DNA of 64,000 nt from the human T2T-CHM13v2.0 reference genome, Homo sapiens, in contig CP068257.2 in assembly GCA_009914755.4 (NCBI GenBank), forward strand, positions 39,584,001-39,648,000, read 5' to 3'. Of the stretch, positions 43,701 to 56,225 are shown piece by piece. Position numbers and translations under genes: made by a program. Numbering within the stretch: the stretch's first letter is position 1; each line of letters begins with the position of its first letter. The notes under the pieces were generated by a model that saw only the letters and a program-made list of their open reading frames with translations, was not told the origin of the DNA and ran no database searches.

Positions 43701-44008
43701 TTTTTCTTTTTACTTTTTTATTTTTTTGAGAGAGAGTCTCACTCTATTTCCCAGGCTGGAGTGCAGCAGTGTAATCTCAGCTCACTGCAACCTCTAGCTC
43801 CCGGGTTCAAGTGATTCTCGCACCTCAGCCTCCCAAGTAGCTGGGACCACAGGCACATGCCACAACGCCTGGCTAAGTTTTGTAGTTTTGGTAGAGATGA
43901 GGTTTCACTATGTTGGCCAGGCTGGTCTCAAACTCCTGAGCTCAAGTGATCCATTCACATCAGCCTCTCAAAGTGTTGGGATTGTGGCATGAGCCACCGT
44001 GCCTGGCC
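43701..44008 (-). mobile_element. Alu SINE (antisense)
   Basis: T-rich leader, then gagagagagtctcactctatttcccaggctggagtgcagcagtgtaatctcagctcactgcaacctctagctcccgggttcaagtgattctcgcacctcagcctcccaagtagctgggaccacaggc ... gtgttgggattgtggcatgagccaccgtgcctggcc. A 15-bp target-site duplication attctccccattttc flanks it. Confidence 0.9.
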
Positions 44009-44769
44009 TTATTCTCCCCATTTTCAAGATGTGGGGATTGAGGATCAGTGAGCTGTTGCCCCTTTGAAATCAGGCATGGAGCTTCTCACTGTCTGCAGAG
44101 CCAGGGCTGGCTCATGAACCTTTTGTCCTCTGTATCATAGATAATTGCAGACGCATGAAAACTTCCGTTCCTAAATACATTTTCAAAATGCTTTATCTGT
44201 ATGTGACTGGAAATGAAAGATGTATATGACTGGTTTTATGCAAATTGTTCCGAAGATGATAGAGTAAACCTAAATTGCCTGGAATTAATAATATGTAAAG
44301 ATTCTGTGAGAACAGACCCCTTCGGGGTTTGCTCAGACCTCCTGACTCTCCGTGCGACATTTTATCTTTTCATTTATGAAATTCCAAGATTACTGACAAT
44401 TGGCTTCCCATTTCCAGGGTTTGAGGAGACAGCAGTAGGACTCATAGGAAGCAGAATGTGGCTGGGAACAGGGCCTGCAGGGTGAGCTGGGCAGACTGCC
44501 CACAGGGGTCTCTGAGACAGGTGGGCTGAGCGCTCTGCAGTGGTCAGGTTGTGTGGTGGCCCCTGGTCCATTCCAGGGGCTTCCTGTCAAGGCTGTGTCA
44601 GGAACACCTACTGGGCTTCTAACACTATAGCTGCCTGGGCCCCACTGCTGCTGAATCAGGTTCTCTCAGGGTTGGTTGTGGGCACCTGGATGCTTTTAAT
44701 CCCTAGAGGGATCCCGAGGCACAGCCCTAGTGAAGGACTTGACAGAATGATTGCAGCTCCTTCGCTGTG

Positions 44770-44905
44770 TGCGTGTGCCAGGTACTGCTCCAAGTGCTTT
44801 ACAGGTATTGGCCCATTTAAGCCCCAGAGCGGCTCCAGGCAGCTGCCCTTATCCCTGTTTCACAGGGAAGGAAGCAAAGGAACAAGTCACTCGGCTGGCA
44901 AGTGG
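44770..44905 (+). mobile_element. MIR-like SINE fragment
   Basis: gtgccaggtactgctccaagtgctttacaggtattggcccatttaagccccagagcggctccaggcagctgcccttatccctgtttcacagggaaggaagcaaaggaacaagtcactcggctggcaagtggcagagcctg. Confidence 0.55.
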
Positions 44906-46150
44906 CAGAGCCTGTCTCCCATCGTGTTTGCTTTGCTTTACCGCCTCTCAAGAAGGTGGGTAGAACACCAGCTGGGGGCACCCCCAGGCCCACCCTATAA
45001 TCCCAAGAGGTGATTTTGTCTCACTGGTTGACCCAAACGCCCACAAGTGTTCTGACAGAGATTGCATATGGAAATCGTGCTAGATTCTGCCTCGGAATTC
45101 TGCAGAAGCTGAGATGAAACAAGTAGGAGGTCAAACACAAATGGACTACACCAATGGGAAGATCTGTATCTATTCCATGGTGGAGTTCCCCTCTCACTCC
45201 CTCTGGAATCACAGTTTTAGTTCTCACGGATAGTAAATAATCATTCCTGTGAATGACCATGGGCACCCAGGGGATGCCTATAGCGTCTGTGCTACTATAG
45301 TTAATTACATTTTCATCAAAAACTAACAACTCATGGTCACCAACTCCAGTGTCTCCCAGTTGTCAAAGCCAAAATCTAAACTCAGGTCTATCACTGACTT
45401 CCTACATGACCACCGGCACCCCTGGCACACCGGCACCTCACAGCTGTTTACGGACCTTCCCGCTTCCCTTTGAGTCTCTCTGGAGAAATGAGGGCATCCT
45501 CTGTATGTCTTGCTGGATGTGAGGGAGACACAGAGCACACGAGGGCTTCTGAAATCTGGCCTTGGGGGAATAAGAAGCCTTTTATGCTTCTGGAGTATAG
45601 ATTTGTGCCTTTCCTGCTTCTTTCCTGCCAGAGTTCATCTGGCAGAGCTAAGCCTCACCCCAGGCTCTGGGGTCCGGGGGATACTGTCCTCCCAGGTCAG
45701 CCACCTCTCATTTGCATGGTGGACAGCTGCGGCTGACAGGCAAACAAAAATGTCTGCGGCCATGGCAGCTCCTAGAGAAACTCTTCTCTCCTTACTCTCA
45801 AATGCCTAAGATTAGGATCCACCACCTGCCACGGTAACCTACTTCCACGGCTTCTCACACCCCCTCACAAGGCAGTCATGATGATAGATGTGACTGCGTC
45901 GAATGGCTTCCAGAAATATGATCTTATTTGTACAACAGAGCCGTGCCCAAAGGAAGAATGCCAACCAGTGGGAAGCTCTGCTGGGGCTTTCTGAATTCCT
46001 AGACCCAATCACAAGCTGGTGTACTGTTGAACCATGAAAAAATTGAGTATAAACACCAGGAATGTCTGTGGCGCGTGGCGTCTACACTGGGTGACCCATG
46101 TCTACACTGTGAGTCCTAAGCGGGTGCCCCTCTCTGTCGCCCTCCCGCAG

Positions 46151-46279
46151 CCATCAAGTTCTCTGGAGACCTTCTTCGACTCCCTGGTGACACAAGCAAA
46201 CATCCCCAACGTTTTCTCCATGCAGATGTGTGGAGCCGGCTTGCCCGTTGCTGGATCTGGGACCAACGGAGGTAGTCTT
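46151..46279 (+). CDS. BACE2: BACE2 coding exon (exon 4), 129 bp, phase 0-0
   Basis: Acceptor cctcccgcag|CC, donor GTCTT|gtgggt. Translation is PSSSLETFFDSLVTQANIPNVFSMQMCGAGLPVAGSGTNGGSL, which continues in frame into exon 5 (VLGGIEP...). Confidence 0.92.
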
Positions 46280-46671
46280 GTGGGTATCTTTTAGTCTTAA
46301 AGGGGCGAAAAATCACAGATGGATGGGCTGTTTTTTTCTGTTTTATTAAACACCTGAGCAGAAATATTAGGCATGTAGGTGTGCGTAGGTACTGTAAAAC
46401 TTTCATCCTCCTTGTAGTAGATCTTTTTAGAAATGGCTAAAATTAGGCAATCCTTTATGTCATCCTGCCATCTGGAAGGATGATTCTCATCGCTTCTCCG
46501 AATTCCATTAAAACTTTTCTTTACCGCCCTTGGAAGGGCACTGCTTTCTGTGGGTGGGGGAGGGACAAGTGAGGAGCGGTGGGGGGCGTGGTGAGTGGAC
46601 CTGACTGTGGGTAGGGGGCCAAAGGAGAGTTCATAAATTTGGCAGGGAAACAGGGGCCCTTGTAGATCCTT

Positions 46672-46730
46672 TCTCTCTCTCTCTCTCTCTCAACACACAC
46701 AGGCACACACGCACCACAGCACAAGTGTTT
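46672..46730. repeat. (TC)n then (CA)-rich compound microsatellite
   Basis: tctctctctctctctctctc aacacacacaggcacacacgcaccacagcaca, in intron 4. Confidence 0.85.
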
Positions 46731-47222
46731 GCTGCTGAAACAGAATCAAGGCCGTCAGCACTACGGAGGTGCTGGAGCCTGAGCTTCCCTCCAGGGGCCG
46801 GCACCCAGACGTCAAAAGTAGTAGGGGACAGGAAGAATGCACTAGAAGGGGGTGCTGCCAGTCCCTTTGCTGTCTGACTATGAGAGGCAGGATCTGCACC
46901 CCGGTCCTCAGCTACTTTCATTTGCTACCATTTCCAGGCAGAGGACAGCATAGGATTTATGAGGAAATGTTTTATGATTTTGCACAATGAAGCTTTGATC
47001 AGGGAAGTGCTTGATCTTCTGTTCTCTGACCTCCAAGGAACTAAATAATTGTCAGTCAGTGTGGTTAACTGTTTTATTGCATTTCTTTGAAGGAAAAATC
47101 TCAATATTGTAAAGCTAAACTTGTATGTACTTTCTTTGGATAAGAGAAACCTCCAAAGCATCTTGATTAGATGAGGGCCTAATACCATCTGACCTTTGCA
47201 GACGTGGACCCATAAAATTCCT

Positions 47223-47544
47223 TGTTTTATTTTATTTTATTTTATTTCATTTATTATTATTTTTTTTAGATGGAGTCTCGCTCTGTCGCCCAGGCTGGAG
47301 TGCAGTGACGCGATCTCAGCTCACTGCAGCCTCCGCCTCCCTGTTCAAGCGATTCTCCTGCCTCAGCCTCCTGAGAAGCTGGGACTACAGGTGCGCGCCA
47401 CCTTGCCCGGCTAATTTTTGTATTTTTAGTAGAGATGGGGTTTCACCATGCTAGCCAGGCCGTTCTCGAACTCCTGACTTCATGATCCGCCCACCTCAGC
47501 CTCCCAAAGTGCTGGGATTACAAGCGTGAGCCACCGCGCCTGGC
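47223..47544 (-). mobile_element. Alu SINE (antisense) with long T-rich leader
   Basis: (TTTTA)n-like leader, then agatggagtctcgctctgtcgcccaggctggagtgcagtgacgcgatctcagctcactgcagcctccgcctccctgttcaagcgattctcctgcctcagcctcctgagaagctgggactacaggtgcgcgccacc ... gggattacaagcgtgagccaccgcgcctggc. Target-site duplication tccttgttt. Confidence 0.9.
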
Positions 47545-47709
47545 TCCTTGTTTATTTTTTAAGCATTGATATTTGTTTCATGACATTGTCACGAAGTAGA
47601 AGCCCTGATTGCAGTGAAGTTTCTCTTTACAAGTGCATGCTTCTCTGTGTAACCTGTTGATATGTCTGTGTATTTTTTCTCTTATACCTGTAAATATTTC
47701 CTGTCCCAG

Positions 47710-47844
47710 GTCTTGGGTGGAATTGAACCAAGTTTGTATAAAGGAGACATCTGGTATACCCCTATTAAGGAAGAGTGGTACTACCAGATAGAAATTCTGA
47801 AATTGGAAATTGGAGGCCAAAGCCTTAATCTGGACTGCAGAGAG
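47710..47844 (+). CDS. BACE2: BACE2 coding exon (exon 5), 135 bp, phase 0-0
   Basis: Acceptor cctgtcccag|GT, donor AGAG|gtattt. Translation is VLGGIEPSLYKGDIWYTPIKEEWYYQIEILKLEIGGQSLNLDCRE. Confidence 0.92.
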
Positions 47845-49139
47845 GTATTTATGCTATGGTCTCTGTTGTGTCTTTCTGTGTATGTCTGGGTCCCTTAAAT
47901 ATGCCAGCTGGAACCCGTAGATGCCAATAGAAGGTACATTACCTCGTAAGATAAAGGCTCATTACATGAAAAGATGCAGGGCCTTGCTGTACAGTAAGTT
48001 GAAATCAATTAATTGTCCTCCCTCCCCACCCCAAATATTGCATCCTCCCAACCACTTATCTTCATAGGGCAAAATTACCATTAAATGGTGAGTGAAGAGG
48101 ACTATCTGAGCTACACCTTTCACCATTCATTCATCTTGGATTGATGGTCCCTAAGCTCAGTTTAAGAGGTTGAAATAAACAGATTTTTAATCAGTGTAGG
48201 ACAGAGAAGGACGAAAATTAAGCAAAATGAAACCGAAAAGATCATCAGCTTTTATCCTCCATTCACAGCTAGCCTGGCCCCCAGAGTACCCAATTCTCCC
48301 TAAAAAACGGTCATGCTGTATAGATGTGTGTGGCTTGGTAGTGCTAAAGTGGCCACATACAGAGCTCTGACACCAAACCTCAGGACCATGTTCATGCCTT
48401 CTCACTGAGTTTTGGCTTGTTCGTGACACATTATGACATTATGATTATGATGACTTGTGAGAGCCTCAGTCTTCTATAGCACTTTTAGAATGCTTTATAA
48501 AAACCATGGGGATGTCATTATATTCTAACCTGTTAGCACTTCTGTTCGTATTACCCATCACATCCCAACATCAATTCTCATATATGCAGGTACCTCTTGT
48601 CACGCGCGTCCATGTAAGGAGACCACAAAACAGGCTTTGTTTGAGCAACAAGGTTTTTATTTCACCTGGGTGCAGGTGGGCTGAGTCTGAAAAGAGAGTC
48701 AGTGAAGGGAGACAGGGGTGGGTCCACTTTATAAGATTTGGGTAGGTAGTGGAAAATTACAATCAAAGGGGGTTGTTCTCTGGCTGGCCAGGGTGGGGGT
48801 CACAAGGTGCTCAGTGGGAGAGCCTTTGAGCCAGGATGAGCCAGAAGGAATTTCACAAGGTAATGTCATCAGTTAAGGCAGGGACCGGCCATTTTCACTT
48901 CTTTTGTGATTCTTCACTTGCTTCAGGCCATCTGGACGTATAGGTGCAGGTCACAGTCACAGGGGATAAGATGGCAATGGCATAGCTTGGGCTCAGAGGC
49001 CTGACACCTCTGAGAAACTAAAGATTATAAAAATGATGGTCGCTTCTATTGCAAATCTGTGTTTATTGTCAAGAGGCACTTATTTGCCAATTAAGAACCC
49101 AGTGGTAGAATCAAATGTCCGAATGTAAAACAAAATACA

Positions 49140-49147
<8 letters not shown>

Positions 49148-49170
<23 letters not shown>

Positions 49171-49200
49171 AGTGTGTGTGTATGTGTGTGTGTGTGTATT
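49148..49200. repeat. (TG)n microsatellite, ~26 repeats with two interruptions
   Basis: ctctgtgtgtgtgtgtgtgtgtgtgagtgtgtgtgtatgtgtgtgtgtgtgtatt, in BACE2 intron 5. Confidence 0.9.
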
Positions 49201-50133
49201 AGAGAGGAAAAGCCTGTATTTGGAGGTGTGATTCTTAGATTCTAGGTTCTTTCCTGCCCACCCCATATGCACCCACCCCACAAAAGAACAAACAACAAAT
49301 CCCAGGACATCTTAGCGCAACATTTCAGTTTGCATATTTTACATATTTACTTTTCTTACATATTAAAAAACTGAAAATTTTATGAACACGCTAAGTTATA
49401 TTTTAAATTAAGTTTGTTTTTACACTGAAAATAATTTAATATTTGTGAAGAATACTAATACATTGGTATATTTCATTTTCTTAAAATTCTGAACCCCTCT
49501 TCCCTTATTTCCTTTTGACCCGATTGGTGTATTGGTCATGTGACTCATGGATTTGCCTTAAGGCAGGAGGATCAGGTCACCCAGGACTCATTCCATCCCT
49601 GGGTAGACTTGCCTATGCAGCTGTGCCCGTAGTGGTTGGGGTGGCTCATCTGGTGTTGGCCACTGGTGTCCATTCTCCTCCCTCTGCCACATGAAGAACA
49701 TTGCAGGTGAGGACAGGGCTGGCAGCGCCTGTGTGTGTCTCAGTCTATGATGCACTGTGGCCCTGGTTCTGTTCCCAGTGCAAATATGGGATGTCTGTTG
49801 AAAAATTGTCCATCCTTCTCTTCGTTAGTGAGGTCATAGAGAATTGATTTGTGTACAGTTTGTACAAATGGCTTTTAATATATTTCAGCCTCAAAAGACA
49901 AATAGGTCTTCCCTCTGCCCTGGGGCAGGAGTGCAGGTCCTCAATGAAGGAACTTGGGCACCTCTGAGTAAGGAAAGAGCTGTGCCTTGGGAGGGCTATT
50001 GATTTGCTAATTTGGGCCGTGTCCCCTCCCTTTCCTGGGTCCATTTCCTTGTCTCTGAAGTGAGCGTGTTGGGTTGGAAGACCCCTGGTTCCCCAGTTCT
50101 GAGAACATGAATGAACTACACAGTCCATGATGA

Positions 50134-50388
<255 letters not shown>

Positions 50389-51839
50389 TGAGTTACAGTC
50401 ACCTGCTGAGGAGCAGCACTGCGTGTTCTGAGCATCTCTGAACTATTGCGCCATGTATTTCCAATTTTCATATTGTGTATTTGTATATTTTATATGTAAT
50501 AGTATAGGTGTAATATGTAAATATATTTTATATGTATTTAAAATCTTTATATTTTGAAGGGTTTTGTTTCAACTATTACTTGTTAATTTCACAATCCCTT
50601 TCTTTGATGTTAGCAAATAGTACCTTCATGAACCTCAGAGGACTTGGATCTGAATGTGCAATGCCCTCTAGTATTTCAAATAATAGTTCAGTTGGTATAG
50701 TATTTTTTTAATCTGCAAAAAACAATACTTGCTAATATAACTATGTTAGAGTAAACAATAAATCAAGAATAAATTTATAGCCTTTGAAACAAAACAAACC
50801 AAAAATTTTACTCCTTTTTGGCTTTCATCCCTGCACTGGTATCTTAACTTCTGTTTGTATAAAAGAATACCATTTTTTCACAGAAGACAAAGAACAATCA
50901 GCCAATCTAATAATTATTTTATGGCCATGCTCTGAAATACAATTAAAATTATGATTGTGGACAATATGCCTTTTCGGGACCTGGCTGATGGTATTTCTGG
51001 TGTGACCCCAACTTTCCAGTCAGTTCAGGGCAATAAACATTGGATACAGGACAGCTTTGGGGATGAAATAGAATTAAATTTAGTGTAGTTTTTGCCACTT
51101 TTAGCTGGATGCCTGGCGAGGGGTTTTGTGCCCTCTGAGAGCCTCCGTCTTCTCAACTGAGGGGTGGTTGTGAGTTTTGGGTCAAATGCTTGGTGTTTAG
51201 TAGATGCTTGGAGCTTCCATGAAACATGCAACCACGGCGTTGCTGCTATTTGTTCAGATGCGAGAGGAACATGACTTTTGGCTGCCTGAGTGTTCTCATA
51301 GCATCTGGGCCTTCCTTGTGAGATCGTCAGAAAGTGTTTCCTGCACAAAGCCTGTACTGCGGCCCTGGCGTGGGGCTGATTGTCCCGCTACTCTGCTGTG
51401 ATGGCTGAATTCAAAGAGTGGCCGATAGGAGCACGTATGGTGGGTGCCTTGTTAACAGCTCATAGCAGAAACGTGACAAGCGGGAGAGGGCTTTGGGTTG
51501 TCCTGAACTTCAAACACCTGTAACTGCTGCGGGAAGAGCGGCACGTGGATGAAACGGACACAGAGGGGGAATAGGCAGGAAAGGACGCGGGCTCTTTTCG
51601 AAGCAGCAGGTCTCAAGGCGGCCAGCCACTGGCGCAGCTGCAGCTGAAGCCACGGCAGAGTCTCCATCCTTCCCACTATCTGCTGAATCAGAGAAAGTGG
51701 CAGGCAACATTTTTAGTGCCTTAAATTTAGAACGCTTGCTCAAAATCAGACCCTACTTAAAATAAGGAGCGATACCCTCATTTCTTAAATAGTAAAAATG
51801 CCCTCAGCAGAATTAACGGGAGTATCTTCCAACTTCATA

Positions 51840-52015
51840 TCCTGAATGGAAAAGTCTGTCCACCATCCCGAGGACGTGTTTGAAGCGCAGTGTGAAAATC
51901 CAGCAAGTCGTGGACCGGCCAGACCCCTGTGCCGTGAGAGGCGGGGCGGCGGGGCCGTGGGGCGCTCGCACTCCCGAGCTCATCGTGGCATGCGCTGAGC
52001 CGAAAACCACGAGGT
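51840..52015. promoter_or_regulatory. Short CpG-dense islet inside a ~1-kb CpG-retaining region (51450-52500) of intron 6; candidate unmethylated regulatory element (prediction only)
   Basis: cccgaggacgtgtttgaagcgcagtgtgaaaatccagcaagtcgtggaccggccagacccctgtgccgtgagaggcggggcggcggggccgtggggcgctcgcactcccgagctcatcgtggcatgcgctgagccgaaaaccacgagg. It has about 18 CpG in ~170 bp, with observed/expected near 0.9 and GC about 65%, far above intronic background. Confidence 0.3.
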
Positions 52016-53394
52016 AGAAGGAATGAGATCACAACATTTGTTTGCGTTGTCTAAAATTATCCTCTGATTTCATTCGGTGCCTGCGTCAGGAGGGAGAAAC
52101 ATGGGAAGGTTGTTTGTCTTGGGCAGGGAAAGCATCACAAGGGCGCGTTGTGTGTCTGGCTTACCGTCTCTGGACCAAAGCTGTGTTTGTTTTTCTTATC
52201 TACCAGTTCCAGTAAGCCAAACCTCTTGGCGTGGGTTTCCTTCTGGTTAAGGGGAGGGCTGGCTTCAGAGAGTGAAAGACAATAAAAACGTGGAGCTCTG
52301 TCCCCTGGCATGGATTGTTCAGATGGGATTCTAGAAATTAAGGGTTTGGAGTTCTGTATTTAGAAATGAACCTGGAGCGGGGAGTGTTGTACAAGGTGCA
52401 GCCCATGCAGAGGCACCGAGACCTGGGCTCGTTCCGACCCTGCCGCAGTGCCCGCTTGGCTCAGGCCCAGCGCCTCTCTAAGGAGGAAATCCAGACGCAA
52501 AATAATACCCACTTGAAAATGACTTCTAACTTTAACACTCTGTGATCTGAGGGTCGAAACTGGCTCCCAAGGACACGTGGCTTCACCCCCAGGGAGGCTG
52601 CCAGACTTTTGGTTAAGGACCATGGCTCTGGGGACAGTAAGTCCCACATCCGAATCTGAGGTGAGCTCCCCAGGCCAGTCACTTGGCCCCTTGGAACCTC
52701 CTTGTCCACCTGCCGTTGGAGCTGGTCATGGCACTATCATCTGAGCTCTGTACCCCGTGTCCCGCTGCAGACCTGGCCACCGAAACTCTTCCCCGAATCC
52801 AGCAAAATGACCATCCCACCTCTTCTGAGCATGTCTGAGAAGGGGCTCTCCCTGTGATGCACATCTTCAGTAGACTTCGCTCTTTCACAAAGCAAAGATG
52901 CATTAATGCCAGCATTAGAAATTTCACAAATCAATCACAAATGGTCTGAGTGGAGAACATGGGATGGATGAACCAACCACAGGGTGCTTTCTCCCCAGCT
53001 GCACGCCCTGGTGAGGAGGGCAGGTGTCTGCAGTGCGCGTGGTTACGTGGCACGTACCACCCCTGATATTCAGTGCGTGGACATCGGCAGATGCATACAG
53101 GGGCACCCGCATGTTTTTTCAGTTGTGGTCTTGGCAGCGTTCTGTCCCATTTTCCTGTCTTCTGTTCTAACTATCCTTTTGGTTTCTATAAGACTCTTCT
53201 CCCTCCTCCTTGGACTCTCCCTGTCCCTGTGCCCCTCCTCGTGGAGCCTCTTCTTCTGGCCTGAGCCACCTGTTCTTGCTGCACACCCTCCTACGTGATC
53301 CCATCCTTAGCCTCATCGATACCTCCTGCTCACCTGTCAGTGCCTCTGGAGTGTGTGTCTAGCCCAGGCCCATCCCCTGGAACTCAGGGGACTC

Positions 53395-53815
53395 AGGACT
53401 AGTGGGCATGTACACTTGGCCTCAGGGGACTCAGGATTAGTGAGCCCCACATGTACACTTGGCCTCAGTGGACTCAGGACTAGTGAGCCCCACATGTACA
53501 CTTGGCCTCAGGGGACTCAGGATTAGTGAGCCCCCACATGTACACTTGGCCTCAGGGGACTCAGGATTAGTGAGCCCCACATGTACACTTGGCCTCAGGG
53601 GACTCAGGATTAGTGAGCCCCACATGTACACTTGGCCTCAGGGGACTCAGGATTAGTGAGCCCCACATGTACACTTGGCCTCAGGGGACTCAGGACTAGT
53701 GAGCCCCACATGTACACTTGGCCTCAGGGGACTCAGAACTAGTGAGCCCCACATGTACACTTGGCTTCAGGGGACTCAGGATTAGTGAGCCCCACATGTA
53801 CACTTGGACACGTGA
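53395..53815. repeat. Minisatellite: 43-bp unit x ~10 tandem copies (one 44-bp variant), unit ~ GGCCTCAGGGGACTCAGGA(T/C)TAGTGAGCCCCACATGTACACTT
   Basis: Phase-locked recurrences of ACATGTACACTTGG at 53449, 53492, 53536, 53579, 53622, 53665, 53708, 53751 and 53794, giving periods of 43, 44, 43, 43, 43, 43, 43 and 43. A degenerate first unit lies at 53395-53420. Copies differ only at a few positions (att/act/aac, ggg/gtg). The array is in BACE2 intron 6. Confidence 0.9.
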
Positions 53816-54749
53816 ACCACATCGATGTGCTGCAGAGCTCAGCCCTCTGCAGATGAAATGTGGTCATGGCATTCCTTCACAGTGGCACCCCTCGTTCCCT
53901 CCCCACCTCATCTCCCATTCTTGTCTGTCTTCAGCACCTGCCATGTCCAGCCGGCAGATTCCACCGCAGCATCTTCTGCAGCACCCCCGACCACACACCT
54001 CCCCAGCGCCTGCTTGGCCCTCCAGCCCAGCTCCCGCCTTTCTTCCTTGGGGAAGCTCCCTGGACAGACACCCCCTCCTCCCAGCCATGGCTTTTTCCTG
54101 CTCTGCCCCACGCGGGACCCTGCCCTGGATGTGCTACAATAGACACATCAGATACAGTCCTTCCTCAGCAGCCGGCAGACCCAGGGTGGACTGCTCGGGG
54201 CCTGCCTGTGAGGTCACACAGGTGTCGTTAACTTGCCATCTCAGCAACTAGTGAATATGGGCAGATGCTACCTTCCTTCCGGTTCCCTGGTGAGAGGTAC
54301 TGGTGGATGTCCTGTGTTGCCGGCCACCTTTTGTCCCTGGATGCCATTTATTTTTTTCCACAAATATTTCCCAGGTCTCTTCTGTGTGCAAGGTATTAGG
54401 GCTGCAGCGGGGGCCAGGCCACAGATCTCTGTCCTGAGAAGACTTGGATTCTAGTGCAGGAGACTGAAGTGTATCACACCAATCAGTGTAAATTGTTAAC
54501 TGCCACAAGGAGAAAGGCCAGGAAGGAGTGGGGCATGGTGGTGTTCTAGTGTTACAAGAAGAAGCCAGGGAGGGCTTCCTGGATGAAGTGGCATCTGACC
54601 TGGGATCTGGAGGAGGAGAAAAATGTCCCAAAAGAGCAGAGAGCCCACCCTAGGCTCTGCACCAGGAGGCAACTTGCTGGGCTTATGGAATTCAGAGGGC
54701 AAGTGATAAGCAGAAAGTCCTTGGGGGCCACAATTAGGATTTCTGTCTT

Positions 54750-54935
54750 CTAAAGGGCCTCTGCCCTCTGCTGTGTGACCTTGGGCAAGTTACTTCACCT
54801 CTAGTGCTTTGGTTGCCTCATCTGTAAAGTGGTGAGGATAATGCTATCACACTGGTTGAGAATTGAAGTAATTATTGCTGCAAAGGGCTTATAAGGGTGT
54901 CTAATACTAGTACTAGTAGGTACTTCGTGTGTCTT
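54750..54935 (+). mobile_element. MIR (mammalian-wide interspersed repeat) fragment
   Basis: ctgctgtgtgaccttgggcaagttacttcacctctagtgctttggttgcctcatctgtaaagtggtgaggataatgctatcacactggttgagaattgaagtaattattgctgcaaagggcttataagggtgtctaatactagtactagtaggtacttc. This matches the MIR core and 3' region. Confidence 0.75.
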
Positions 54936-55126
54936 GACAATTTTAATCATTATTATTTTGTCATCACCGTCACTCTTCCAGGGGACTAATGTCCCTGCTG
55001 TTCTGTCCAAATTAAACATTGTTTATCCCTGTGGGCATCTGGCGAGGTGGCTAGGAAAGCCTGGAGCTGTTTCCTGTTGACGTGCCAGACTAGTCATGGT
55101 TTCTCATGTGATCTTGTTTTGTCTAG

Positions 55127-55279
<153 letters not shown>

Positions 55280-55874
55280 TGAACTTGGATTTGTGCTTTG
55301 CTCTTTTTATCATGCAAAAGAGAAAGCACTCCATGCATGACACGTGTATTAGATGTCACACCTGCATTAGATCTCTATCACCACAATAATGCTGCAAAAG
55401 ACAGCCACACATATTACTGCTCCTGAGTCCAGGCAGGGCGGTGTCCCTTGGCCGGGCTCACTCACGTGTCTCTACTCAGCTGGTGGTTGGCTGGGTCCCG
55501 GTTGGCCTCCACCCAGGCTGGTGTAGGATGGTCTCACTCACATATCTGGTGGCGAGGTGGATGGAGGAACAGAGCCATGCGTTTCTCTCCATTCAGTGTC
55601 TGAGTCACATGTGGTAACAGGGACCTGGGAGAGAGAAAAGAACCACACAGGGGCTCCTGAAGTGTCAGCCCAGAACTAGCCACTATCTCTTCCATGATGC
55701 TGCCCAAACAAGCCCAAGGCTAGCCCAGATTCCGAGGATGAGGGAAAAGATGCCCCTCGCACTGGGAGGAGCCATGGAGCCGCATTGCCAAGGGTGTGGC
55801 TACAAGGAAAAGGGAAGACCTGGAGACATTTTTGTCACACCTACCACATCACCCTTATACATTTTTCCTGTTTA

Positions 55875-56225
<351 letters not shown>

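Noticed and set aside
44540-45013. 157-aa ORF on + strand in intron 3
   Set aside because: No recognisable domain. It overlaps a MIR-like fragment (44770-44905), has no splice-site context, and the translation is low complexity. Treated as a chance ORF.
53437-54251. ORFs 53437..53631(-), 53459..53656(+), 53718..54251(+) (up to 177 aa) and the superficial resemblance of the repeat array to a CRISPR locus
   Set aside because: Open frames arise because the 43-bp minisatellite lacks stop codons in these frames, followed by a Pro-rich GC-rich stretch. The array has no unique spacers (units are contiguous near-identical copies) and sits in a human intron. It is neither a coding gene nor a CRISPR array.
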